The position numbers and the translations under genes are program-made. A DNA stretch of 64,000 nucleotides, taken from the NCBI GenBank assembly GCA_965223265.1, contig OZ244999.1:8224001-8288000 (forward strand), given 5' to 3'. Numbering within the stretch: the stretch's first letter is position 1; every line of letters begins with the position of its first letter. Below, piece by piece: positions 8,560-19,300 of the stretch. The notes under the pieces were generated by a model, which did not search any database, was not told the origin of the DNA, and saw only the letters and a list, made by a program, of their open reading frames with translations. This DNA comes from Planctomycetota bacterium. Its GTDB lineage: Bacteria > Planctomycetota > UBA8108 > SXIK01.

Positions 8560-10809
8560 TTACTGCTCTTTGGTTTGCTCTTCGCGTTGCCGAGCTCGGG
8601 CGCGCCGGTAGACTTCCTTTTTGAACGTTACGATCGGACCCTCGCGCTCGTCCGCCATCATGTAGAAACGGTACCCGAAGTGTTTCTCGAGCGGAATGCC
8701 GAGTTTGTCCTCGATCGCGCGCTGTGCCATCTGCCGATTGATCAGTTCTGGGTCGTCTAGTAACTCGGTCAAGCCGAAGAGCGCGAAGGCCGGCTTCGCT
8801 GTCGCGAACGCGTTGATCACTGCGAGGCGCGTCGGCGCGTGACGGCTTTCCACCCAATTGACACCAACGGGTGCGTTGGGCAATAAATAATTCTTGGCGA
8901 TCTTCTCCCGGTCGTACTCTTTGCCGTACCATTCTTTTAGATGGGAGAGCGTCCAGTTGATCGGTTTGTCGAGGTGACAAAGATTGCATGCGTTGGGCTG
9001 ATTCGCCTCGATCATCGCCGCGTTCGTCGGATTGAAAATGCGGTGTGTGCGTACGACATCCTGCAGGCCTTCGTTGATCTTGGGCATGTGACAGTTCATG
9101 CACCGACTGCCTTCGCTTTCCAGCTTGTGGTGCGTGTGCTCCATCAAAATGGTAGTGTCCGTAAACTGATCGTGGCAGTGGATGCACGAAGCATCATCTT
9201 CCTCTGGTGTGCGGCTCCACTCTTTGCCGATCGTTTTGTGCGGATTGTGGCAGTGCACGCAGGTTAGGTGCTCCATCGCCATCGATTCCGCCTTTTCAGG
9301 GTCATAGCAGTGGCCCCGGGAGGCGTCGCTGAACTCCGTCGAGTTCCAGGTGTCGATGCCGGCCGCGAATTGCGGTCGCGCGCCGGCATGGCACCGAGCG
9401 CAAGTCCAGTTGACATTTCGCGACGTATGTCCCCACACCGCATCACGGTTCTTTCCACTCGCAAAGACGTGAGTTCCGGCCGGGAAGAAGTACGGCATGC
9501 GCTCGCTGTCCTCGACGTGATAGCGCGCGCCGTTGTGGCATGCCTCGCAGCTGATCCCCAGGTTGACTGCGTATTCCTCGGCGGGAAGGCTGCCGATTTC
9601 GACCATGACTGCCTGCGCTTCGCGGGCATCCTTCGGCTCTCGACTCGTCTTGTCCGTGACGACACGCTCGAGGAGCTGAGGATGTTCGGAGTGGAGATAG
9701 CCCGAAGCGAAAAACGAAATATCATGCGGCGCGTGAGCCTGGGTGCGCGCAGTGCCGTGACGGCGCAGCAGCCAGTCGCCAGCTGGCTGCGTCGTGTGGC
9801 ACGAGGAACAGCCGATATCGTAGATCACTTTGCAGGGCTCGACGAACGGATCGTCGCGCAAGCGATCGGGGCCGATGTGGCCATCGACATGCACGAGTGG
9901 CACCCACCGCTTTTTGTCGAGCCAGTAGCCGAACGGCAGGACGTGGTCGACGCTCCACATGGCGTGGTCACGTGGTTCAGGGCCTTCGACTTGGAGGCCA
10001 ACGTAATACTGATAGAAGCGCGAACCAATCGTGCGGGAGATTTCGTAGACGCGGCGCAGGTCACCCTTGACGAGCGTCATGCGGTACGCCTTGCCATGGC
10101 GGTGAAAGGTGGCGCGCCCTCCCATGTACGATATGAACGCGTTCTTGCCACCGGAGAAATCACCTTTGACCGTCTCCGGAGTCGCCATGGCGTTCATCCA
10201 GCGGTGCGCGTGCTCCGACCACTGGGCATAGTTTTGCTCATGGCAGTCCCGGCAGGATTCAGCACCCGCGTAGTCGGAACGACGAATGTTGCTGACGCTG
10301 CCGGCGTCCAAGGCGCGGCGGCGCACCGACTCGGCGACGTCTCGCCACCAGACGACACCGTTGCGCTCGTTCGCTGGCGGCAGATCCACCCACTGTGGGC
10401 TGTTGAAGAAGATGCCGAAGCCGCGCTTTCCGGTGGCGGCCGATTCGAAGGGGGTGGCGTAAGGATCCTTTGACGAGCGATCCTGCGCCAGCGCGGTGCG
10501 CGTTGAAACGCCAAAGATCGCCGCGTCACCAGGTCCGCTCCTTGGGCCAGTGTGCCAATCAAGGTCTGCAGCTGCGACCCAAAGCGCGAGTGCTGCGCCG
10601 CAGGTGACAACCACAATTCGACGGCGATGACGTCTCACGTGCGAACCGATCTCGACTCGGTGAGTGTTCACTGGGCGTGACCAAATGAGTGTGAGCGTGT
10701 TCCGGAAGGCACGCTCTATTTTAGCAAGACTTGCCCTGCTATACCACGAGTGTGTCGACTTCGCCCCCCTCGATTCTCCTCCACCTGTCGCAGTGTGATC
10801 GCGCGCCAA
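8560..10809 (-). CDS. Multiheme (8 CxxCH) c-type cytochrome, exported; start uncertain (possibly ~10668)
   Basis: CRDCH, CSSCH, CEACH, CARCH, CVHCH, CIHCH, CMNCH, CNLCH; hydrophobic segment after RRHRRR. Confidence 0.88.
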   Translation of the reverse strand: MARDHTATGGGESRGAKSTHSWYSRASLAKIERAFRNTLTLIWSRPVNTHRVEIGSHVRRHRRRIVVVTCGAALALWVAAADLDWHTGPRSGPGDAAIFGVSTRTALAQDRSSKDPYATPFESAATGKRGFGIFFNSPQWVDLPPANERNGVVWWRDVAESVRRRALDAGSVSNIRRSDYAGAESCRDCHEQNYAQWSEHAHRWMNAMATPETVKGDFSGGKNAFISYMGGRATFHRHGKAYRMTLVKGDLRRVYEISRTIGSRFYQYYVGLQVEGPEPRDHAMWSVDHVLPFGYWLDKKRWVPLVHVDGHIGPDRLRDDPFVEPCKVIYDIGCSSCHTTQPAGDWLLRRHGTARTQAHAPHDISFFASGYLHSEHPQLLERVVTDKTSREPKDAREAQAVMVEIGSLPAEEYAVNLGISCEACHNGARYHVEDSERMPYFFPAGTHVFASGKNRDAVWGHTSRNVNWTCARCHAGARPQFAAGIDTWNSTEFSDASRGHCYDPEKAESMAMEHLTCVHCHNPHKTIGKEWSRTPEEDDASCIHCHDQFTDTTILMEHTHHKLESEGSRCMNCHMPKINEGLQDVVRTHRIFNPTNAAMIEANQPNACNLCHLDKPINWTLSHLKEWYGKEYDREKIAKNYLLPNAPVGVNWVESRHAPTRLAVINAFATAKPAFALFGLTELLDDPELINRQMAQRAIEDKLGIPLEKHFGYRFYMMADEREGPIVTFKKEVYRRARARQREEQTKEQ

Positions 10810-10827
10810 GAGACCTTTTGCTCAAGC

Positions 10828-13800
10828 TCATGGACAAGCGGCGAAGCGCTGGCAATCGAGGTTGTCCGCGGTGGTGTCGTCGCCGCAACTGCCGAAGGGT
10901 GTAGGCAGCAGTCCCGCACCGACGAAGAGGTGGCGCAGGATCGCGACTCCGTCGGAAACGTTGAGTCTGCCGTCGTCGTTGGCATCACCGGCACGCACAC
11001 ACGTCGGCGTCCCGCCTTTTCGAAACAGGTAGTTGAGTACGAACAGCGCATCCCCCAGGTCAATCTCACCACTGGCGTCGGCGTCGCCGCGCTGAAAACG
11101 TGCGTCCAGCCGCTCAGGTGCGAGCGTACGGTCGTAGTTGTCGATCGTCGGAGTCACGATCACGTCGAAGTTCGCGTCGAGGAGTGAAACCGAAGCGGTG
11201 GTGCCAGCGAAGGGATCCGGCGCAACGATCTGGACGACGCTGACGGAGCTCGGAAGGCCCGAGGCATCCAGCGGCGGATCGAGGACAACCCAGTAACGGA
11301 CGCCGGTGTTGTGGCGTGCTGCGGAATAGACGAGATCCCAGTAGCTGTCGACGCGCCGGCGCTGGCCACCAAGCTCGACCTCGGCGTGCACCAGCGCTGC
11401 GGGTGCGGTATCAAAAAAGTTCTCAGCTTCCTCAAAGCGCTCCTCGAGCCGTATGCTGCCGAGGTCGCCGAGGTCGATCGCGATCTCCCAAAGCGGCAAG
11501 TCGTCGTAACTGCACGACCCGAAGTGGAGAAGAGGCAAGTCATTGATCGAACCGCGAAGCGACTCCTCGCCGACCAGCGTGACGAAGAACGCATCGTTGA
11601 GCGTTTGCGTCGCGTCGATCGCTTCGTCGCCGCGGGCGCGGTATTCAAGCGGCTGAGTGAGAGCAAGATCGATCGCACTGCCATCGGCGAGTACGAAGGA
11701 CTGACGGTAGGTGAAGCGGTAGAGCGTGATGTCGCCGTCGCCAGCCACACGGAGAACTCGCAGAAGACCGGGCGATGCCGGCACGGCGCTTTCCTGATCG
11801 GGACCGAGGCGGAGCTCGTCGACGAGATCGAGGCTTATCGTGTCGCGTGTCGTGTCGAGCTGGAATCGGCCGCTGCGCAGCTCGACAACGCTCTTGAGTC
11901 GGTACTCATCCTCGAGTCCGCGGTTGGAGCCGGCGAGATGAAAGACGCCGCAGGCGCGTGACCCAGGCGGGATCTCGAGCTCGAACGACGGCGTCGGTGG
12001 GATCGGTACCGAATGCAGAAACGGTCTCACTTGTTTGACGGCCAAGCTGCCATCCGGCTCGAGCTTGATCTCCATGTCGAGGAGAACTTCGTCGCGACTG
12101 TGCGTCCCGAGCTCGAGAGGAAAATTCGCATCGATGTGCCACATGAGCCGCCCGAGTTCCGAGAGCTCCGCATCGGAGAGCACCCACTCCCCTTCAGGAA
12201 GCAGAGTCGAGCCCTGAAGAGGCCGGATGATCCCGAGGACTTCACCGTTGAGCACTTCGAGCACATCTTTTTCGGCAAGCACGCCCGGCTCCGGCTGCAC
12301 GACGCTCGCTTCGCCGACCTGGACAGTGACGACATAGCGTCGATCGAGCGGGTTCGACAGGTTGCCGGTGAACGCGACGCCGTTAGCTGCTTCATCGAGA
12401 AAGGCGCGCGAAACAAGGATCCCCATGCCGACGCGGAGACCGTCGGCGTCGGACTCTGGCACGCCGAAAAAACTGCGCTCCTCGTAAGCTCTGAAGGTGT
12501 AGAGACTCGTCCAGACTTTTTTGAGTGCGCGCCGAATCGTTCGCTCACCCGATTTCGAAGCGTCGCAGAGTGACGGTCCTTCATCGTCTGCGTCGAGAGT
12601 GTCGTCGGCGCATACACCGGTCGATTCGTAGAGACCGGCGCCGTTGAACTCGAGCGCATCCTCGACATTCGACGACGATCGGAAACGCACGCTCGTGCGC
12701 GTCGACCCGAACACGTCACCGATGCGCTGCACCAATCGCTCGACGAGTGCGGGGTCAACCTCGCCGTGCTGCCGTGCAAAGTCGCGGAACGCGTCGAGTG
12801 CTGCGAAGCGGACCTCAGAATTGCTTTGAAACTCGTCTGAAGAGAAAAGCTCGAGGAGATGTTCCTCGTACGTCACCTCGCGAGCAGGATCGAGCGCGGA
12901 GGGCATCCGGTTGCCGCGCATGAACTCAAAGAAGTAGCGCGCAGGGATCGCAAATCCGTGCTCGCGGTACTGCGCCCACGGTCCTTCCAGGATGCGACCG
13001 AGGCGAGCTAGATTGGATGCTTTGCCCCCGAAGCGCGCCTCCGGCGGCGCCAACGTGCCGCTTAGATCCATGTCCCCGAGGCTCGAGAGCTCGTCGAATT
13101 CGCGGTCGATCTCAGGGAGTGTCGAAAGTTGCGGTCGGCTGTCGCTCCAAAACTCCTCTGCCTCTTCGACCGTCGCTTCGCGGAGGCGGAATTCCGTCGC
13201 TCCGACCTCGAGGCGGATGAGCTTGCCTTCGAAAGGGCTGAACGCTACGCGGGCCTCTTCGACGAAGGCGTTGGGCGTGTTGCGCCTCGCTGTGCGGATA
13301 GCGAGGTGACTCAGCTCCCCCTGTGGCGTGCCGGTGATGACGCCGCCGACGACACCCTCGATATCGGGCGGCGCCTCATCCAGAACGAGGATGTTCTGAA
13401 ACCCGATCTGGCCGTTGTCGTTTGCGGCCTCGAATCCATCGGCGTCGAGCACGCGCACACGTCCGAACCCGACTGCCTGCGTGTACGGCACGTACGCGTT
13501 TGTTCCGGAGCCGTCGTCAAGGAAGACGGGGAAGCCGGGGTCGCGCCACGCTGCCGCCGCTTCGCGAGCCGGGCGCGTGCTCGGGAAGTACCCGAGAGGC
13601 TGCAGGGAGAACGTGGCGCTTAAGTCGGCGCGCACGGCTGCGACTTCCTCGAGGCTGAGGAGCTCGTCCTCAGACGAAGGGTCGGTGAAGACGTCGAAGC
13701 CGTACGCCAGGCCGTCCGCCGTGCGGAGGCGGCTGATGACGCCGACAAAGTATTGGCGCTCGGCCCGCCGCGCGACGAGGCGATTGAAGTCGTCGATCGT

Positions 13801-16356
13801 CAGTGCCGGGAAGCGATCCGGAAAGACCGCGGCGAGGAATTCCTGGTGCAGCTGGAATCGGCGCGAATTTTGGTAGAGCGTCGGCAGAAGATCCGCATCG
13901 CCGGTCGCCGGCATGACGTACTTGCCGGCACGGTCGACGATGCCAGCGCCGCGCGACGCCACGGAGATGCGCTCGAAATCGAGACCGGTGCAAATCGATT
14001 CGAGAAAATCTTCGTCGAACGTCACCGTGCGCACTTCGTTCAAGAACACGGTGAGCTGCCGGCCGTCATGATCAGTGCTGACGACGTCAACGTTGCCATC
14101 AAGGTTGAGGTCGACCCCGAGCGTGCGCAGCGGGATGTCACCGACTGACAATGTCTGCGGAAACGAGAAGGTCCCATCGCCGTTGCCGACGATGATCGAG
14201 ACGGAGTTAGCTCGGAGGTTTGCGGTCAAGAGGTCAGCGTGGCCGTCGCTGTTGATGTCGGCCGCTGTGACGGCTCCTACCTCTTCGCCGACGCTGTAGA
14301 ACTGAACACGGTCGAGCGTGCCGTCGCCGCGATTGAGAAAGTACGCGATCGTCGCTTGGGCGCCATTCGGTATCACAAAGTCTGGAGCGCTGTCGCCGTT
14401 CAGGTCAGCGCAGGCGATCGAACCGGGCGGCGCCGTGATGTTGTAGCTGTCGGGTGGATCGAACGTGCCGTCGCCGCGGTTCGCCAGCAGCGAAAGAATT
14501 TGGGTTTGGCCGCGCACAACAGCGATGTCGATGTCGCCGTCTCCGTCGAAGTCGTCAGCGGCGAGGCCGCGATCGCCAACGCCGACTGCGGTATCGCGTC
14601 GAGCACCGAACGTCGTGTCACCAAGTCCCTTGAGGATCGTCACTGAGCTGTCGCCGGAGTTCATCGTGAGGACGTCGGGCACGTCGTCGCCATCGACATC
14701 GCGCGCGAGAACGACGATCGGGCTGGCGCCAACGTCGTGAAATTTGGTGTCCGGGAAAGTGCCGTCGCCAGGGTTCTTGAGCACGACGACTTTGCCATCG
14801 CGCGGGGAGGTCATCACAAGATCCAGATCGTCATCGAGGTCGAGGTCGCTCACTTCGACGAACTCGACGCGGCTTGTCGGAGTCTCGTAATCGAAACGCG
14901 TCAGCGTGCCGTCGCCTTCGCTCAGGAAGACCGAGGCGAGAAGATCGGGACCGTTCGCCGTGATCACATCCACTCGGCCATCGCCGTTGACGTCGCCGGT
15001 AGCGGCCCCGTGCGGCCGGCCGTCGGGAGCGATGCCGACAGGAAAGTGACCGAAGAAGCGCAAGTTGAACGTTTGTCGCTCACCGTTCCAGAGAAAATTA
15101 ACACTGCTCAGTTCCGGGGTCAGAAATGCCACGTCTTCGTCGCCATCGCCGTCGAAGTCACCTAGTTGGATCCGCCGAAACTCAACGGTTGTTAGGTCGG
15201 TGAGTCCAAAATCGCCGCGATCGTTGTTCGTTAGGAGAGTGACGCTGCGGAAATCAGCGTTGCCGACGATGAGGTCGATATCGCCGTCACGATCGAAGTC
15301 ACCGGCGTTCACGGTACGGGCTGTTAGCGCCAAGTCGGTCGGCGAGGCGAACTCGCCGGCTCCGCTGTTGGTCCACCACGTGAGCTGTCGGTTGTTGATC
15401 AGCACCAACAAATCGAGATGGCCATCGGTATCCAGATCGACGAGCTCAACACTGGAGGGGCGACCGGGAAGAGGAAAGTCCGTCGTCACGAAAAGTCCTT
15501 CACCGTCGTTGGTAAGAATGGACGCGCTCGGGGTGGAGCGCTTCGGGATGACGAGATCGATGTCACCATCGCCGTCAATGTCGCCGCGCCGGATCTGAAT
15601 CGGTGTGCCGCTGACCGCGTAGGAAATCGCCGCGCCGAACGAGCCGCTGCCGTCATTCGCCAACACTGATACGAAACCACCCGTCGAGTTCGCGGTGATG
15701 AGATCGGGGCGATCGTCGCCGGTCACGTCGTCGGCGACGATCGTACGCGTGAATTGCTCGACCGGTAGCGTCTCTGCTGTGGCAAGAGTGCCGAGCCCGA
15801 GGTTGCGAAAGAGGAGGAGCTGCGTCGAGTTCGCCGTGACGACATCCGCGGCGTTGTCGCCATCGATGTCAGCGACAGCGATCGATGTACCTTCCGTGAG
15901 CGCATCGTAGGACACGGGAGGTGCCAACGTGCCGTCCTCTCGACTCAAGATCACAGAAACAAACGACGCGCGTTCGGTTCCCGTTTGGCTCAGGACGACG
16001 AGGTCTGCAGCGCCGTCGTCGTTGAGGTCGCCGATGGTGCTTGCCTGCGGCGTCTCGGGTACCGACATTGGCTCTGGGTCGCGCACGCCGAAGTCGAGCC
16101 CGACGCCCTCGCACTCATCGGGCAGTCCGTTGCGATTGCAATCCTCACTCGCAAGCGATTGCAGGTCGACGACGTCTTCGACACCGTTGGCGTTGCAGTC
16201 TGCGCTGCGGGCGAGGTCGATCGGTAGCAGGCAAAACGTGGTTGCTACGATCGGCAGCACGGGCGAGTCGAGCAGCGACCAAGACCAGCGTCGAGGTTTG
16301 CAAGCGGGGCGTCGACGGGTGCGCGCGTCCAAAGACATGAACTTAGGTCGCATCAT
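10828..16356 (-). CDS. Secreted FG-GAP/VCBS repeat + phospho-His + ATP-grasp (PPDK_N-type) dikinase-like + dockerin-like protein, copy 1 (divergent)
   Basis: ADCNANG motif, many D-x-D/N-G-D-G repeats, GGVITGTPQGELSHLAIRTARR, FGGKASNL, RFRSSSNVEDALEFNGAGLYES, VWTSLYTFRA, VKQVRP, FQRGDADASG...GDANDDGRLNVSD; ATGA overlap with the stop of copy 2. Confidence 0.85.
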   Translation of the reverse strand: MMRPKFMSLDARTRRRPACKPRRWSWSLLDSPVLPIVATTFCLLPIDLARSADCNANGVEDVVDLQSLASEDCNRNGLPDECEGVGLDFGVRDPEPMSVPETPQASTIGDLNDDGAADLVVLSQTGTERASFVSVILSREDGTLAPPVSYDALTEGTSIAVADIDGDNAADVVTANSTQLLLFRNLGLGTLATAETLPVEQFTRTIVADDVTGDDRPDLITANSTGGFVSVLANDGSGSFGAAISYAVSGTPIQIRRGDIDGDGDIDLVIPKRSTPSASILTNDGEGLFVTTDFPLPGRPSSVELVDLDTDGHLDLLVLINNRQLTWWTNSGAGEFASPTDLALTARTVNAGDFDRDGDIDLIVGNADFRSVTLLTNNDRGDFGLTDLTTVEFRRIQLGDFDGDGDEDVAFLTPELSSVNFLWNGERQTFNLRFFGHFPVGIAPDGRPHGAATGDVNGDGRVDVITANGPDLLASVFLSEGDGTLTRFDYETPTSRVEFVEVSDLDLDDDLDLVMTSPRDGKVVVLKNPGDGTFPDTKFHDVGASPIVVLARDVDGDDVPDVLTMNSGDSSVTILKGLGDTTFGARRDTAVGVGDRGLAADDFDGDGDIDIAVVRGQTQILSLLANRGDGTFDPPDSYNITAPPGSIACADLNGDSAPDFVIPNGAQATIAYFLNRGDGTLDRVQFYSVGEEVGAVTAADINSDGHADLLTANLRANSVSIIVGNGDGTFSFPQTLSVGDIPLRTLGVDLNLDGNVDVVSTDHDGRQLTVFLNEVRTVTFDEDFLESICTGLDFERISVASRGAGIVDRAGKYVMPATGDADLLPTLYQNSRRFQLHQEFLAAVFPDRFPALTIDDFNRLVARRAERQYFVGVISRLRTADGLAYGFDVFTDPSSEDELLSLEEVAAVRADLSATFSLQPLGYFPSTRPAREAAAAWRDPGFPVFLDDGSGTNAYVPYTQAVGFGRVRVLDADGFEAANDNGQIGFQNILVLDEAPPDIEGVVGGVITGTPQGELSHLAIRTARRNTPNAFVEEARVAFSPFEGKLIRLEVGATEFRLREATVEEAEEFWSDSRPQLSTLPEIDREFDELSSLGDMDLSGTLAPPEARFGGKASNLARLGRILEGPWAQYREHGFAIPARYFFEFMRGNRMPSALDPAREVTYEEHLLELFSSDEFQSNSEVRFAALDAFRDFARQHGEVDPALVERLVQRIGDVFGSTRTSVRFRSSSNVEDALEFNGAGLYESTGVCADDTLDADDEGPSLCDASKSGERTIRRALKKVWTSLYTFRAYEERSFFGVPESDADGLRVGMGILVSRAFLDEAANGVAFTGNLSNPLDRRYVVTVQVGEASVVQPEPGVLAEKDVLEVLNGEVLGIIRPLQGSTLLPEGEWVLSDAELSELGRLMWHIDANFPLELGTHSRDEVLLDMEIKLEPDGSLAVKQVRPFLHSVPIPPTPSFELEIPPGSRACGVFHLAGSNRGLEDEYRLKSVVELRSGRFQLDTTRDTISLDLVDELRLGPDQESAVPASPGLLRVLRVAGDGDITLYRFTYRQSFVLADGSAIDLALTQPLEYRARGDEAIDATQTLNDAFFVTLVGEESLRGSINDLPLLHFGSCSYDDLPLWEIAIDLGDLGSIRLEERFEEAENFFDTAPAALVHAEVELGGQRRRVDSYWDLVYSAARHNTGVRYWVVLDPPLDASGLPSSVSVVQIVAPDPFAGTTASVSLLDANFDVIVTPTIDNYDRTLAPERLDARFQRGDADASGEIDLGDALFVLNYLFRKGGTPTCVRAGDANDDGRLNVSDGVAILRHLFVGAGLLPTPFGSCGDDTTADNLDCQRFAACP

Positions 16357-19300
16357 GGCGAATCGCAGGGTGAGTGTGCGAAGCAGGAAAGGAGATCGGG
16401 TGTCGTGTCCGCGCCGCAGCCGGTGAAAGGTGCTGCAAGGTCGCCGCGGCCGGCGAACAGATGGAGAAGAATCGTGACCCCGTCCGTGACGTTGAGCTTG
16501 CCATCGTCGTTGGCGTCGGCTGATTTGACGCAGCTTGGGGCTACGGCGCGGCCAAAGATGTAGTTGAGAGCGGCAAGTGCGTCAGAGAGATCGAGCTGGC
16601 CGCTCGCGTCGACATCGCCGCGCCGAAACGGGGTTGGCTCGGCCTCGGTCTCGCGTCGGTCGAAGGATGTGACGTCGAGCGTCTTGAGCGGCTCAAGGTC
16701 GACGCCGAGATAGCGAGCGGTCGCCACACTGGTCGAAGTTGGCTCTGCAAACTCAATGGCGCGCACGAGCCCGCCGGTTCCATCCACGGCGACGGGTTCC
16801 GCGAGGACGATCCAGTAGTGCACGGCGAGGTTGTGGCGCGACGCCGAGTAGACGAGGCGCCAGTAGTCGCGGATGGTCTCTTCGTGACCGCCGGGCAGCG
16901 ACACGGTCGCGCGCTGGAGGCTCGCAGGGTTCGTGCCGAAGAAGCGGGCTTCATCATCGGAGAAGCGTTCGTTGAGCGTTAGTGTGCCGCCGTCGGCAAG
17001 AGTGACATCGATCCGCCACAGGGGCAAGAGCTGGTGGCGGCACGAGCCGTAGTTGACCAGGCGCTGTCCGTTGACGCGTGCCTTCAGCGGCTCGAGGCTC
17101 GCTTGAGTCGTGAATTCTGCATCGCTCAAGACGCGTACACCTGAAATCGGTTCTTCACCACGCGCCTCAAACTCGAGGGGTGCGAGAAGCTCGATCTCCA
17201 AGACGGTGCCATCGTCGAGGCCCCAGCGCTGCGCGAAGGTGAAGCGATACTTCGTCAGCTCGCCGTTGGGTATGCGCCGCAGACGAAAGCGCCCGCTCTC
17301 GAGCGGCGTCGCGACTTGGCGCTCAGGTCCGAAGCGGACTTCGTCAAAGAGCTCGGCGGTGAACGAGTCCCGCGTCGTTGTGAGCGGGATCGTTCCGCTG
17401 CGCAGCTTGACGTTGCTTTTCAGCTCGTATTCCTGACGCGGACCACGATTCACCCCCGCCTCTTGAAACACCCCACAGAGCTCGAAGCCCTCGGGCACCT
17501 CCAGCGTGAACTCCGGCGTTGGCGGCGGAGGCTCCGAGAGAAGGAACGGACGCACCTGCTTCACCGCCAGCTCTCCGTCGCTCATGAACTTGTACTCAAC
17601 GTCGAGCAGCACCTGAGAGCGATCGAAACGCCCCAGATCCAGAGGAAAGTTCTCATCCATGTGCCACATCAGGCGCCCAAGCTCACCCAGCTGCGCCTCA
17701 CTCACTACCACCTCTCCCTCACCCACAAGCGTCGAGCGCACCGCACGGATCACCTCCACCACTTCACCTTCAACAAGCTCCAGAACGTTCGTCTCCGCTA
17801 AGACACCCGGCTCGGGGCTCACCACACTCTCCTCTCCAAGCTGCGCCGTCACCACGTAGCGCCGATCGAGAATGTTCGACGTGTTCCCCGTAAACGCCAC
17901 TCCCTGAGACGCCTCACCTATGAACGTGCGGTTCACCAAGATCCCCATCGCCGCGATCTCTTGGTCAATCCCGAAAAACTCTCGCTCCTCGTACGCCCGG
18001 AAGTTCCACAGACTCCTCCACACCCGCTTCAGAGCGCGCGTGATCGTGCGCTCATTTGTCTCCTCGGAGTCGCACTGCGACGGGCCCTCCTCATCGCCGT
18101 CAAACTCATCGGCTAGGCACCCGCTCGTTGAGTTGTAGAGACCGGCGCCGTTGAACTGAAGGTCGTCCTCCACGTTCGAAGACGAGCGAAAGCGCACACG
18201 CGTTGTCTCACTTGTGCCCATCACCTCGCGCACTCGCGCTGCCACCAGCGCGATCACCTCCGCGCGCACAACACCCTCATCGCGCATGTGATCGCGCAGC
18301 ATGTCCAGAGCTTCGAAGCGAACGCGAGAGTCCGTCTGAAAGCTCTCATCGACTAAAAGCTCCTGCACGTACTCCTCGTACGTCACCTCTCGACTGCGGT
18401 CGAGGAAAGACTCCAGGCGGTTCTCGCGCATGAACTCCACGTAGTAGCGCATCGGGATCGCAAAACCCTTCTCCTGGTACTCGGCGTACTCCCCCGTCAG
18501 GATCTCCTGCAGACGCGAGAGGTTCGTCGCCTTCCCCCCGAAGCGAGGCACTCCCGAAAGACCACTCGACTCCAGCTCCGCGATCTCTCCCAGCGTCAAA
18601 AGCTCCGAGAACTCGCTGTCGAGCGTCGGCGCTACCTCCAGGCTTGGCCGGCTCGTGCGCCAGTGCTCCTCCGCCTCCTCCTGGCTCGCCGCGCGGATCG
18701 TGTAGCCCCCCGCTGTCACCTCTAGGCGAACCAGCTGGCCGTCCCACTCCCGAAACTCCTCCAAAGCCCCGGAGACGTACGCGTTCGGCGTTCCTCGACG
18801 CGCTGTGCGGATCGCCAGGTGACTCAGCTCCACTTGCCTCTGACCTGTCACCACGCCGCTGAAGACTCCTTCGATGTCCCGTGGGGCGATCTCTAAGACC
18901 AAGATGTTCTGAAAGCTGATCTCCCCTGTCTCACTCGCAGCGCTCAGTTCCTCTTCCGTCAGCACCCGCAGGCGCCCGAAGCCCACACCTTGGGTGTACG
19001 CCTCGAAGTCCACAGGGCCGCTGGTGGTGTCGAAGAAAATCTCAAACTCCGCGCCGCTCCACTCAGAGGCGCGATCGCGCGCCGCTGGTGTGTCTGGGAA
19101 GTACCCCAGCGGCTCCAGCGTGAACGTCTGGCGCAGCTCGGCGTACACCGCCCCCACCTCCTCCTGCCTCAGAAGCTCCGTGCTGTCAGAGCCGTCCACA
19201 ACCACCGTGAAGCCGTACGCGATCCCGCCCGACTCGCTCTCGCTCCCCGGTAGGCGAAGCCGGTTGATCACACCAGCGTAGTACTCGCGCGTGGCGCGCC

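Noticed and set aside
8429-9187. N-terminal 250-aa extension of the enolase ORF
   Set aside because: Out-of-frame overlap with the cytochrome gene; family homology starts at MKITRV (8428)
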